In this document: positions 19,573 to 30,200 of the stretch, piece by piece
How positions within the stretch are numbered: position 1 is the stretch's first letter
Layout of the letters: each line of letters starts with the position of its first letter
Assembly: GCA_965220825.1 (NCBI GenBank)
Contig: OZ244839.1
Location: 2,301,377 to 2,365,376, forward strand
DNA length: 64,000 bases
From: Alphaproteobacteria bacterium
Lineage (GTDB): Bacteria > Pseudomonadota > Alphaproteobacteria > UBA828
Direction: 5' to 3'
Made by a program: the position numbers and the translations under genes
The notes under the pieces: generated by a model
Told to the model about the DNA's origin: nothing
Seen by the model: only the letters and a program-made list of their open reading frames with translations
The model's database searches: none

Positions 19573-19868
19573 GTGCAAGTTCAAACAGGTACGAGACGGG
19601 GCTCGTGAAACGGGTTTTGGGCTCTCCGAAGCTGTCGGTGGACACATCAACCGCTTCGGAGACCCCATGGTCGGTTTGGTGCGCGGGTCTCCAGGCCCGC
19701 ATGTTTTTGTTTTTCGAGAAGAAGAAAAATGCGGGCCTGGAGACCCGCGCACCAAAAAAAGGGGCAGCGCGTTGGGGCGACGCGCGACCGCCCATAACGC
19801 CGGCGGAATATTTTTCCAACCTGACGGCCGAAGAAACCTCAGCGTCTCAAATGTCCTGAACGAGGAGA
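19573..19868 (-). mobile_element. IS-derived MITE-like repeat, copy 2 (inverted relative to copies 1 and 3). Full 23-bp-arm hairpin at 19678-19753.
   Basis: The reverse complement matches copy 1/3 end to end. Hairpin ggtgcgcgggtctccaggcccgc-N30-gcgggcctggagacccgcgcacc. Flanked by the direct repeat (G)ATCGGT on both sides. Confidence 0.7.
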
Positions 19869-19958
19869 TCGGTTTGGAGGGCGGTGGCCGGGCGGCTACA
19901 CTCGGCGCGCCGGGAGCGGCTGCGGAGCTCCCGGCCTTGCGCGTGGAGAGGGTAGGCC

Positions 19959-20606
19959 ATGGCATCGGACATCGACATCTACAAGCACCAGAATTTCGGC
20001 AATCGGATCGGCTTCGGAGAGCGGCCGGCGCTTCTGATCGTAGACTTCGTCAACGGGTTCACCGATCCGAACAAGTTCGGCGGCGGCAACATCCAGGAGG
20101 CCATCGCGAAGACGGAGACCCTGCTCGCGGCCTGCCGGCAGCGGGGCGTCGCGGTCGCGCACACGCGCGTGATCTTCGCGGACGACGGCGCGGACGCCAA
20201 CGTGATGTGCCTCAAGGTGCCGGCGCTCACCACCCTCACCGAGGACGCGCCGGAGAGCCAGATCGTGGATCGCCTCGCGCCCCGCCCCGGCGAGATCGTG
20301 GTGCGCAAGCGCGTACCCTCCGCCTTCTTCGGGACGGACCTGGCGCCCGCCTTCGCCCTGCAGCGCATCGACACGGTGATGGTGGCGGGCTGCACCACCA
20401 GCGGCTGCGTGCGCGCCTCCGTGCTGGACGCCATGTGCCACGGCTTCCGCCCGGTTGTGGTGACCGACTGCGTCGGCGACCGGGCGCTCGGGCCGCATGA
20501 AGCCAACCTCTTCGACATGGGCCAGAAATACGCCGATCTCGCGACTTGCGACGAGGCCATCGCCGCGCTGCCGGCCCGCACGACGCCGGCGCAAGCCGCG
20601 GAATAG
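19959..20606 (+). CDS. Isochorismatase-family cysteine hydrolase (N-carbamoylsarcosine amidase/ureidoacrylate amidohydrolase-like)
   Basis: LLIVDFVNGF, catalytic Cys context VMVAGCTTSGCVRASVLDA, ~215 aa. Confidence 0.75.
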   Translation: MASDIDIYKHQNFGNRIGFGERPALLIVDFVNGFTDPNKFGGGNIQEAIAKTETLLAACRQRGVAVAHTRVIFADDGADANVMCLKVPALTTLTEDAPESQIVDRLAPRPGEIVVRKRVPSAFFGTDLAPAFALQRIDTVMVAGCTTSGCVRASVLDAMCHGFRPVVVTDCVGDRALGPHEANLFDMGQKYADLATCDEAIAALPARTTPAQAAE

Positions 20607-20617
20607 GGCGCGCCCCC

Positions 20618-21646
20618 GTGAAGGCCGTCCTGATCAGGGAGCATGGCGGCGTCGAGCGGCTCCGCCTGGAGGAGGTCGAGACGCCCGAGCCCGGCGAGGG
20701 CGAGGTGCTGGTGCGAATCCGGGCGAGCGGGATCAACCATCTGGACCACGACGTGCGCGAGGGCATCTCCGGCATTCCGGTCTCGCTTCCCCATGTGCCG
20801 GGCAGCGAAGGGGCGGGCGAGATCGCGGCGCTGGGGCCCGGGGTAAAGGGCCTGGAGGTGGGCATGCGGGTCGCCATCCACTTCGCCCAGGGGGATCCGC
20901 ACTCCGAGCCCTGGCTCAGCGGGCTGGACGGCGTGGACTTCACCCATGGGCGGATCGGCGCGAGCCGCTGGGGCACCCATGCGGAGTACACCGTCTCCGA
21001 CGCCCGCTCGGTGCTCCCGCTGCCCGAGGGCCTCCCGTTCGAGACCGCCGCCGCCGGCATGATCGGCTTCGGCACAGCTTGGCACATGACGGTGACTCTC
21101 GGCCGCGTGCAGGCGGGAGAGACGGTGCTGGTGAACGCGGCGGGCAGCGTGGTCGGCTCTTCGGCGATCCAGGTCGCCGTGCTCCACGGCGCCCGGGTGA
21201 TCGCAAGTGCGGGCTCGGCCGCCAAGCTCGAGAAGGCACGCGCCCTCGGCGCCGCCGACGTCATCGACTACACGCACCAGAACATTCGGGACGCGGCCCT
21301 GAGCATGACCGATGGGCGGGGCGTGGACCTCGTGATCGAGAGCGTGGGCGGCGAGGTGCTGCGCCAGAGCATCGACGCGGTCTGCTTCAACGGCCGCCTC
21401 GTCACCTGCGGCGCCCATGCCGGGGAGACGGTGCCGTTGAACGTCATCGAGCTCTTCCGCAAGCACATGACGATCCACGGCAGCCATCTGTGCGGCCGCC
21501 GGGAGCTCGCGCGCGTCTTTCAGCTCATGGCCGAGGGCGTGCTCACCCCGGCCATCCACAAGGTCTATCCCCTGGCGGACATCCAGGAGGCCGCGCGGCG
21601 CACCGCGAACCGGGACTTCTTCGGCAAGATGGTGCTGACGCCCTGA
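20618..21646 (+). CDS. Zinc-type alcohol dehydrogenase/quinone oxidoreductase (MDR family)
   Basis: MKAVLIREHGG...GEGEVLVRIRASGINHLD, Rossmann motif VLVNAAGSVVGSSAIQ. GTG start assumed at 20618. Confidence 0.8.
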   Translation: MKAVLIREHGGVERLRLEEVETPEPGEGEVLVRIRASGINHLDHDVREGISGIPVSLPHVPGSEGAGEIAALGPGVKGLEVGMRVAIHFAQGDPHSEPWLSGLDGVDFTHGRIGASRWGTHAEYTVSDARSVLPLPEGLPFETAAAGMIGFGTAWHMTVTLGRVQAGETVLVNAAGSVVGSSAIQVAVLHGARVIASAGSAAKLEKARALGAADVIDYTHQNIRDAALSMTDGRGVDLVIESVGGEVLRQSIDAVCFNGRLVTCGAHAGETVPLNVIELFRKHMTIHGSHLCGRRELARVFQLMAEGVLTPAIHKVYPLADIQEAARRTANRDFFGKMVLTP

Positions 21647-21655
21647 CGCAGCGGC

Positions 21656-23068
21656 TCAGCGCGCCGCGCCGGCCGTGCCGCGCTTGAGGAACCTGCCGCC
21701 GCCTTCCCTGCCGAGCCAGCGCTCGCCGTCCACGATCAGTTCGCCGCGCAGGAACACCTTGCGCACCCGGCCCGTGACCTCGCGGCCCTCGAAGAGCGAG
21801 TAGTCGATGCGGCTGTGGTGCTCGGCGGCGCGGATGGTCCAGACCTCCCGCGGGTCGAACAGCACGATGTCGGCGTCCGAGCCCACGGCGATGGTGCCCT
21901 TGCGCGGGAACAGGCCGAAAAGCTTTGCCGGTGCGGTGGCGGTGAGCTCCACATAGCGGTTGAGCGAGAGGGCGTTGTTGCGCACGCCGCCGTCATAGAC
22001 CAACGGCATGCGGGTCTCGAGCCCCGGCGCGCCGTTGGGAATCTTGCTGAAATCGTCCCGGCCCAGATCCTTGGAGAGGCGCAAGCCCAGCACGTTCTCG
22101 CTGAAGCAGAAGGGGCAATGGTCGGTCGCGATGACCTGGAGGTCGTCGGTCTTCAGGCCCCGCCAGAGGGCGTGCTGATGCGCCTTGCCACGGAGCGGCG
22201 GGGTCATGACGTATTTCGCGCCGTCGAAGCCCGGCCGGTCATATTCCTCGTCGGTGAGGAAGAGATAGTGCGGGCAGGTTTCGGCATGGACCGGCAGGCC
22301 CCGGTCCCGCGCTTCCGTCACCGCATCCAGCGCCTCGCCGGCGGAGAGATGCACCAGATAGACCGGCGCCTCGGCGAGTTCGGCGATACGGATCACCCTG
22401 TGGGTCGCCTCGCCCTCCATGATGGTCGGGCGGGTCAGCATATGCCATTTGGGGCTGGTGTTGCCGGCGGCGAGCGCTTCCCGCACCAGCACGTCGATGA
22501 CATGGCCGTTCTCCGCATGGACCTGGATCATGCCGCCCTCGGCGCCGGCAAGCCGCATGGCCTGGAAGATCGCCCCGTCGTCGATCATCAGCACGTCCGG
22601 ATAGGCGGTGAAGAGCTTGAAGGTGGAGACGCCCTCGTCCCGCATCAGGGTCTTCATGTCGGCGAGGGACTGCTCGTTCACGTCCGTCATGATCATGTGG
22701 GCGCCCATATCGACGGCCGCGACGGCGGCGCGTTCGTGCCAGTCCGCGAGGCCCGCGAGCGGGCTCTCGCCCTTCACCTGCGCGGCGAAGTCCACCACCG
22801 TGGTCGTGCCGCCGAAGGCCGCGGCCTTCGAGCCGGTATAGAAGGTGTCCGCGGTGCGGGCGGGGCCGAAATCCCAATCGAGATGGGTGTGCACGTCCAC
22901 GCCGCCGGGGAAGACCAGCAAGCCGGACGCGTCGTGGGTCTCCACATCCTCGCCGAGCGGCAGGTCGCGCCCGATCATGCGCACCCGGCCGTCTTCCATG
23001 AGGATATCGGCGGTGTAGTCGTCCACCGCCGTTACGATGCGCCCGTTCCGGATCGCCGTCGCCGCCAT
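21656..23068 (-). CDS. D-hydantoinase/dihydropyrimidinase (cyclic amidohydrolase)
   Basis: GGVDVHTHLD metal-binding motif, STFKLF carbamylated-Lys motif, 470 aa. Confidence 0.8.
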   Translation of the reverse strand: MAATAIRNGRIVTAVDDYTADILMEDGRVRMIGRDLPLGEDVETHDASGLLVFPGGVDVHTHLDWDFGPARTADTFYTGSKAAAFGGTTTVVDFAAQVKGESPLAGLADWHERAAVAAVDMGAHMIMTDVNEQSLADMKTLMRDEGVSTFKLFTAYPDVLMIDDGAIFQAMRLAGAEGGMIQVHAENGHVIDVLVREALAAGNTSPKWHMLTRPTIMEGEATHRVIRIAELAEAPVYLVHLSAGEALDAVTEARDRGLPVHAETCPHYLFLTDEEYDRPGFDGAKYVMTPPLRGKAHQHALWRGLKTDDLQVIATDHCPFCFSENVLGLRLSKDLGRDDFSKIPNGAPGLETRMPLVYDGGVRNNALSLNRYVELTATAPAKLFGLFPRKGTIAVGSDADIVLFDPREVWTIRAAEHHSRIDYSLFEGREVTGRVRKVFLRGELIVDGERWLGREGGGRFLKRGTAGAAR

Positions 23069-23238
23069 CGCCGCCTCCAGACGCCGTGGAATCCCGACGC
23101 ATCATGCCACGCGGCCCGGGGAGGGTCCACGCTCCGGCAGCCCTGGTGCCGCATGAACCGGCGGCCCGGGGGAGGCGCTGCGCCCCGCGCGCAGCGGTGG
23201 CCCCTCGCGACCGCCTCTCCTGCGGTAAGCGGGCTCCT

Positions 23239-25020
23239 TCAGGCGCCGTTGCGAAGGGCGGCGGTGGCGGCCTCGTCCACCGCGCCGGCCTCGTCGAGGG
23301 CCACGCGGTAGACGTCGCGGGCGGTCTCGGCGGTGATCCAGCGTTCGCGGACATCCGCCGCCACCCGTTCGGCGGCGCGCTCGGTGGGCGGGCCGTAGCC
23401 CCCACCGCCGCAGGAATAGGAGACGATGGTGTGGCCTTCGGGGATGACGGCCTGGGCGCAGGGCTCCAGCCGATGGAGGTCGCCGTTGGGATCGCGGCGG
23501 AACTGGTCGGCGCGCCCGCCTTCCGTGCCGCCTCGCGCGCCCTCGGGCGCGGTGACGTTGCCGTCGCTCACATAGCCCACCTCGAGATCGCCCTCGGTGG
23601 GGCCGAACTCGCAATAGACGCCGGACGCGCCCCGCGTGCGCCCATGACCGCCGCTGTCCCGCACGAAGGAGCGCCCGCGCACATGGAGGGGAAAGCGCAT
23701 TTCGTCGAGCTCGATGGAATCCTGATACGACATGCCCGCATTGCCCAGATGGCCGATGGAGATCCATGCGTCGGCCTGCGGGCTGGCCGCGCCGCCGCCC
23801 CAGCCGAGGAAGATCTGGTTGACGTAAGGCCCCTTGGTCTTTTCGCTCCGGCCGGAGATCACGCCGAGCGAGGGCGGGATGATGGAGCCCGCGCTCGCCA
23901 TGCCGTAACCGTCGCCGAGGTCGGCGATGGCCCGCGCCACCGCGTTGCCGACCCGATCGGCGAGATTGGTGGTGGCGACCGAGCAGCTCGTGGGATGCCG
24001 GGGTATCCCGGCGACGCTGTTCTCCCTGAGATGCATCCGGATGCGGCGGAACGAGCCGGTGTTGGTCGGCACCGCATCCGGGATGCTGTTGAACACCCCG
24101 AGCAACAGCGTGCTCTCGCAGCAGGCCTGGGAAAGATTGAGCCCGCAGGGCATGGCGTCCGGATTGTCGCGGAGGTCGATGTCGATCATGGCGTCGTCGG
24201 GCTTGACGTCGACGACCACCTTCACCGGGATGCCTTCCTCGGCGTTGGGGAAGGGGTCGTGCATGGACGAGGCTTCGGCCCGGCCCGGCGGCATCTTGCG
24301 CACCGCGGCGATCATCATCTGCTCGCTATAGTCGAACCACTGCTCGGCGAAGCGGTCCAGCGTCTCCCAGCCCACCTCGGCGCCGAAGGCGAGGATCTCC
24401 CGCTCGCCGATCCGCGCCGCGCCAAGCGCCGCCAGATAGTCGCCCCACCACTGGTCGGGCACGCGGATGCGGAGCCGGCACATGCGCACGATGTCCTCGA
24501 TGTCCTCGTAATCCCGCTGGATCTGGACGGCGGGGAAGATCAGCGCGCCTTCCTCATACACGTCCCGCGCGCTGCCGTGATAGGTGGTGGGGATGGAGTT
24601 GCCGCAATCGGCCTGGTGCGCTTTCGCCACCATGGTGAACCGATGCACGCCCGCCTCGTCGATCACCGGCACCAGGGTGGTGTGGTCCGCCGGATGCGAG
24701 CAGCCGTGATAGGGCGAGTTGTGGAGGAAGGCGTCGCCCCGCCGGAGCTCCGGATGAAAGGCCTGCATCGCCTCGCACATCATGTCGGCACCCCGCAGCA
24801 CGTGGATCGGCAGGCTCTCATTGACCGTGAGCAGGGAATTGTCGGCGGTGACGATGCAGCAGGAGAAATCCCGCGCGCTGTTGAGGACGCCGGACCGCCC
24901 GGTGCGCAGCAGAGTGTTGGCCATCTTGGCGCAGATCGCCTCCATCCGCTTGTTCAGGATGGCCATCTGCACGCCGTCCAACGCGCCGTCCCGGTTGAGA
25001 GAGAAGGGATTCGTCGCCAT
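23239..25020 (-). CDS. hyuB: Hydantoinase B/oxoprolinase family protein (HyuB, set 1)
   Basis: 593 aa. The N-terminus DGALDGVQMAILNKRMEAICAKMANTLLRTGRSGVLNSARDFSCCI is typical of HyuB/N-methylhydantoinase B. Confidence 0.85.
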   Translation of the reverse strand: MATNPFSLNRDGALDGVQMAILNKRMEAICAKMANTLLRTGRSGVLNSARDFSCCIVTADNSLLTVNESLPIHVLRGADMMCEAMQAFHPELRRGDAFLHNSPYHGCSHPADHTTLVPVIDEAGVHRFTMVAKAHQADCGNSIPTTYHGSARDVYEEGALIFPAVQIQRDYEDIEDIVRMCRLRIRVPDQWWGDYLAALGAARIGEREILAFGAEVGWETLDRFAEQWFDYSEQMMIAAVRKMPPGRAEASSMHDPFPNAEEGIPVKVVVDVKPDDAMIDIDLRDNPDAMPCGLNLSQACCESTLLLGVFNSIPDAVPTNTGSFRRIRMHLRENSVAGIPRHPTSCSVATTNLADRVGNAVARAIADLGDGYGMASAGSIIPPSLGVISGRSEKTKGPYVNQIFLGWGGGAASPQADAWISIGHLGNAGMSYQDSIELDEMRFPLHVRGRSFVRDSGGHGRTRGASGVYCEFGPTEGDLEVGYVSDGNVTAPEGARGGTEGGRADQFRRDPNGDLHRLEPCAQAVIPEGHTIVSYSCGGGGYGPPTERAAERVAADVRERWITAETARDVYRVALDEAGAVDEAATAALRNGA

Positions 25021-25061
25021 CGCTCGCCTCGTTCGTTCCGCCGCGTCCGCGCGCTTCGCGG

Positions 25062-27122
25062 TCAGGGCTCGATCAACAGGCTGCCGGAGGATCGGCGCGA
25101 GGCCTTCGCGCCCGGATCGACCACGACAGTGGTGAAGGAGGATTCGATGATGGCCGGGCCTTCCACCATTTCGCCCGGCACCATGCCCTCGAAGCGCACC
25201 ACGCGCGCCCGGATACGGCCGGTGTCCGCGAAATAGACCTCCCGTCCGCCCTCGCTCTCCGGCCCGCCGCCGCCCTCCACCTTGAGGGTCGCGCCTTCGC
25301 GCAGACGGCAGCGCACATTGGCGCGCCAGCCCACGACCTCGATCGCGGACTCGGCATCGGCGAAAGTGAAGAGCGCTTCATGGGTACGGTGGAAATCCTC
25401 CACGAATCCGGCGAGCGCCTGATCGTTCTCGATCCGGCCGCTGCGGAGCGGCACCTCGATCTCCCAGATCTGGCTGGGATAGCGCGCTTCGGCGGTGAAC
25501 TCCACCACCTGCTCCAGGGAACCCTTGCCCGGCCCGTCGATGAACGCCCGGCAGGCGGTCTCGAGCTCCGCCAGCAGGGCGTTGACGCCATTGAAATCGA
25601 AGTCGGCGGTGGAGGTGTAGAGGGTGCCGCTGTACTCCGCCCGCAGGTCCGAGATCAGCGCGCCATGGGCGCTGAGCGCGGCGGCCACCTCCGGCAGAAT
25701 CACCTGCCGGCAACCGAGCCGACGCGCGATGGCGACGGCATTGAGCCCGGCCGCCCCGCCGCCGCCGACGATCGCCGCCTCCTGGGGATCGATGCCCTGG
25801 TTGACGGTGATGTCCTCGATGGCGTGCACCATGTTCTCGGTGGCGACGCTCATGATGGCGGCCGCGGCCTCATGCAGGTCGAGACCGAGCCTGGCTCCCA
25901 CCTGGCGCTCGATGGCCGCCGCCGCCGCGCGCGTCTCCAGCGTCATGGCCCCGCCGAGGAAATAGTCCGGGTCGATCCAGCCGAGGACGACGGAGGCGTC
26001 CGTCACGGTGGGCTCGGTCCCCCCCGCGCCGTAGCACACCGGCCCCGGCACGGCGCCCGCGCTCCGGGGCCCCACATGAAGGAGATTGCCCTCGTCCACC
26101 CAGGCGATGCTGCCGCCGCCGGCGCCGATGCTGCGCACGTCGACGGCGGGGAAGCCGGTCATGTGGCCGCGATAGGGCTGGCCGATCCAGGTCTCGCGCG
26201 TCCAGGGAATCCGCCCGTCGCGCACCAGGCTCACGTCGAACGTGGTACCGCCGGTGTCGGCGATGATCGCCGTCTCCATGCCGCTGTCGGCCTGGGCGCA
26301 GGCGCGGCCCGCCACCGGCGCCATGGCGGGACCGGAATTGATGGAGTGGATCGGCGCCTTCGCCATGTCGGCCGCGTCCATGGCGCCGCCCTGGGTGGTG
26401 ACCACCAGAACCCGCCCGCCGAAACCGGCATCGGCGAGCCGCGCCGCGAGGCCGCCGAGATAATCCCCCATCAGCGGCTTGAGGGACGCATCGATACAGG
26501 TGGAGGACGCGCGGCGATATTCCCTGAGCGAGGGGTTGAGCGCGTGGGACAGCGTATAGGGGACGCCCGGCAGGTGGCGGTCGAGCAGTTCGCCGACGCG
26601 GAGTTCGTGCGCCGGGTTGACGATGGACCAAAGCAGGCAGACCCCGACCGCCTCCACCTCTTCGGCGGCGAGGCGCTCCGCGATCTCCACCACGCGCGCT
26701 TCGTCCAGCGGCTCAAGCGCCGTGCCGTCATAGGCGACGCGTCCGGGCACCTCGTAGGTAAGCGACCGCGGCACATAGGGCGCGGGGTAGGGCACGGTGA
26801 AGTTGAAGGGCTCGATACGCCCGCCTTCGCGGAACACCAGCACGTCCGGGTGGCCCTCGGTGGTGAGGAAGGCGGTCCGCGCCGTATTGCCGGTCACGAT
26901 CGCGTTGATCGCATGGGTCGTGCCATGGATCAGCATGTCGCCCCGGGCGAGAAACGCGGCGCGCTCGAGGCCCGCATCCTCCGCCGCCAGTGCGAGCGTA
27001 TCCAGAACGCCCGCCACCGGGTCCGCCGGCGTGGTCGGCGCCTTGTACATGCGGAGCCCGCCATCGTCCGTTTCGACGACCAGGTCCGTGAAGGTTCCAC
27101 CAGTGTCTACCGCGAATCGCAT
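25062..27122 (-). CDS. hyuA: Hydantoinase A/oxoprolinase family protein (HyuA, set 1)
   Basis: MRFAVDTGGTFTDLV..., ASKHA-fold ATPase motifs (DTGGTTFDVS). Start taken at the conserved MRFAVD, not the 5' extension in the ORF track. Confidence 0.85.
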   Translation of the reverse strand: MRFAVDTGGTFTDLVVETDDGGLRMYKAPTTPADPVAGVLDTLALAAEDAGLERAAFLARGDMLIHGTTHAINAIVTGNTARTAFLTTEGHPDVLVFREGGRIEPFNFTVPYPAPYVPRSLTYEVPGRVAYDGTALEPLDEARVVEIAERLAAEEVEAVGVCLLWSIVNPAHELRVGELLDRHLPGVPYTLSHALNPSLREYRRASSTCIDASLKPLMGDYLGGLAARLADAGFGGRVLVVTTQGGAMDAADMAKAPIHSINSGPAMAPVAGRACAQADSGMETAIIADTGGTTFDVSLVRDGRIPWTRETWIGQPYRGHMTGFPAVDVRSIGAGGGSIAWVDEGNLLHVGPRSAGAVPGPVCYGAGGTEPTVTDASVVLGWIDPDYFLGGAMTLETRAAAAAIERQVGARLGLDLHEAAAAIMSVATENMVHAIEDITVNQGIDPQEAAIVGGGGAAGLNAVAIARRLGCRQVILPEVAAALSAHGALISDLRAEYSGTLYTSTADFDFNGVNALLAELETACRAFIDGPGKGSLEQVVEFTAEARYPSQIWEIEVPLRSGRIENDQALAGFVEDFHRTHEALFTFADAESAIEVVGWRANVRCRLREGATLKVEGGGGPESEGGREVYFADTGRIRARVVRFEGMVPGEMVEGPAIIESSFTTVVVDPGAKASRRSSGSLLIEP

Positions 27123-27283
27123 GTCTTCCCCGGTTCTTCGCCGTTGTCGCGCGCAAAGCCCCCCGGAACGATGCGCCGCAAGACAAATAGAGCGCTTACG
27201 GCAAAAAGGAAACCGCACGGACGGCCCGGCGCCGGCAAGGCTTGCTCCGTGAGCGCGCCCCTCCCCCGGCGGGGGGCCCGCCC

Positions 27284-30200
27284 TCAGGCGGTGGCGGCGC
27301 GGGGCTCGTCGGACAGGGGGTGGGCGAGGTTCGGAAGCATTTCCTTGGGGCAGATCTGCCAGAACTTGCCGGCCTCCAGCGCCCAGTCCGCCAGCAGCCG
27401 CTCACTGTGGCGGGAGCGGGTCTCGGCGTGGTGTTCGGCGATCAGCCCGCGGCACTCGTCCTCCCAATAGGCGCTTTCGATCCGCTGCCAGATCACCGTG
27501 TCCCCGTTGATGCGCCCCTCGAAGGAATCGTCCGCGTCATAGACGAACGCCATGCCGCCGGTCATCCCGGCGGCGAAATTGTCCCCCACGGGCCCGAGAA
27601 TCGCGGCGACGCCGCCGGTCATGTACTCGCAGCCATTGGAGCCGCAGCCCTCCACCACGGCGCGCGCGCCGGAGTTGCGCACGCAGAAGCGCTCCCCCGC
27701 CTGACCCGCGGCGAACAGCTTGCCGCCGGTGGCGCCGTAGAGCGCGACATTGCCGAGGATGGTGTTCTCGCTGGAGATCAGCCGGCTGGATGTGGGAAGG
27801 CGGAGCACGATCGTGCCGCCCGAGAGGCCCTTGCCCACATAGTCGTTCGCGTCGCCGATCACCAGAATCTTGAGGCCCTGCACGGCCCAGGCGCCGAGAG
27901 ACTGGCCGGCGGAACCGCGGAGGCTCACGGTGAAATAGTCCGGTGGCAGGCCGACCATGCCGAAGCGCCGTGTGAGCGCGGAGGAGAGCCTTGCGCCGAT
28001 CGAGCGGTGCGTGTTCCGCACCGTGTAGGCGAGCTGCATCTTCTCCGGCGCCTCGATTCGGCTCTCCCCCCGCAGCGCGCGGGTGGAATCGTCGGCGTCC
28101 CGGATCATCTGCTCGTCCAGCGTGTCCGGCACCTCGATGCGCCCCTTGCGGGTGGAATGGCGGGGAAGGTCGCCGGGATCCGCCTGTACCAGCAGCGGGT
28201 TGAGATCGAGATCGTCCAGATCCGCGCTGCCGCGGCTGACCTGGCGCAGGAGCTCGGTGCGCCCGGTGATCTCGTCCAGCGACCGCGCGCCGAGGGAGGC
28301 CAGTATCTCCCGCACCTCCTCGGCGATGAAGCTGAAGAGGTTGACCACCTTCTCAGGGGTGCCCTCGAACTTGGCGCGGAGCGCCGAATCCTGGGTGCAG
28401 ATGCCGACGGGGCAGGTGTTGCTGTGGCATTGGCGCACGAGGATACATCCCATGGCGACAAGCGAGGCGGTGCCGACGCCGAACTCCTCGGCCCCCAGCA
28501 TGGCGGCGATCGCGACATCGCGCCCGGTCTTGATGCCGCCGTCCACCCGCACGGTGGTGGTGTGGCGGAGGCGGTTGAGAGTGAGCACCTGGTGGACCTC
28601 GGCGAGGCCCATCTCCCACGGTACGCCGGCATATTTCACACTGCTCTGGGGCGAGGCGCCGGTGCCGCCGTCATGGCCCGAGACCAGAATCACGTCCGCC
28701 TTGGCCTTGGCGACACCGGCGGCGATGGTGCCGATGCCGGCCTCCGCCACGAGCTTCACCGTGACGCGGGCGCGCGGGTTGATCTGCTTCAGGTCGTAGA
28801 TGAGCTGCGCGAGGTCCTCGATGGAATAGATGTCGTGGTGCGGCGGCGGCGAGATGAGGGTGACGCCCGGCGGCGCATGGCGCAGACGCGCGATCTCCGC
28901 CGTGACCTTGAAACCCGGAAGCTGCCCTCCCTCGCCGGGCTTCGCCCCCTGGGCCATCTTGATCTCGATCTCGCGGCAGTGGTTGAGGTACTCCGCCGTC
29001 ACGCCGAACCGGGCGGAGGCGATCTGCTTGACTGCCGACGAGGCGTTGTCGCCATTGTCGCGGGGGGTGAAGCGCGCCGGGTCCTCCCCACCCTCGCCGC
29101 TGCAGGAGGCCGCGCCGATGCGGTTCATGGCGATCGCCAGCGTCTCGTGGGCCTCCTTGGAGAGTGCGCCGTGGGACATGCTGCCGCTGGTGAAACGCTT
29201 GCGTATCTCGGTAATGGACTCGACCTCTTCCAGGTCGACCGGGGTGCGCGCCCGCTTGAAGTCGAGCAGATTACGCACATGGATGGGCGGGAGCGCGTAG
29301 ACGCCCTCGGCGTATTTCCGATAGACGGCATAGGAATCGGTGGCGAGCGCCGTTTGCAGCCGGTGCACCAGCGGCCCGTCGAAGGCGTGGACCTCGCCCG
29401 AGCGGCGGTATTTGAGGAGTCCGCCGATGGGAAGCACCACCGGGCTTTCCTCCCAGGCCTTGCGGTGCTGGGCCAGTACGCGGCGCTTGATACCGCTGAG
29501 CCCGATGCCGGAGAGCCGCGCCGTCATGCCGGGGAAGAAATCGGCGACCAGCGCCCGGCTCAGCCCCACCGCCTCGAAATTGTAACCGCTCCGATAGGAG
29601 CTCAGGACGGAGATCCCCATCTTGGAGAGTATCTTGAGGAGGCCCGCGTCCACCGCTTCCCGATAGCGGCGTTCGCAGTCCGCGAGGCTCATGGCGCCGA
29701 ACAATCCGCGCTCATGCCTCTCCGCCACGCTTTCCAGCGCAAGATAGGGGTTGATGGTGGTGACGCCGATGCCGATCAGCACCGCGAAGTGATGCACGTC
29801 GAGGCACTCGGCGGCGCGCACATTGATCGAGGTAAAGGTGCGGAGCCGCTGGCGCACGAGATGGCTGTGGACCCCGCCCGCGGCGAGGATCATGGGGATG
29901 GGCGCGCGATCCTCCGAGACATTCTCGTCGGTGAGAACCAGATGGGTGGCACCGCCGCGCACCGCTTCCTCCGCCTCGCCCCGTATGCGCTCGATGGCGG
30001 CCGTGAGCTCGCCATGGCCGGACGCGGCGTCGAAGGTGCAGTCCAGCGTTACGGCGTCATCACCCATATGGGCGTGGAGCGCCGCGAACTCGCCATTGGT
30101 GAGCAACGGGGAATCGAGTTGCATGAGCGCCGTCTGTTCCGGCGCGTCGGCAAAGATGTTCCCCATATTGCCGAGCCGTGTCTTGAGGCTCATCACGCTG

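Noticed and set aside
27240-27283. Possible rho-independent terminator after gltB (CCCCCGGCGGGGGG) and after the cupin gene (49685-49705)
   Set aside because: These are short GC stems without a following U-tract. They cannot be distinguished from the background of GC-rich palindromes in this genome, so they are not reported as features.
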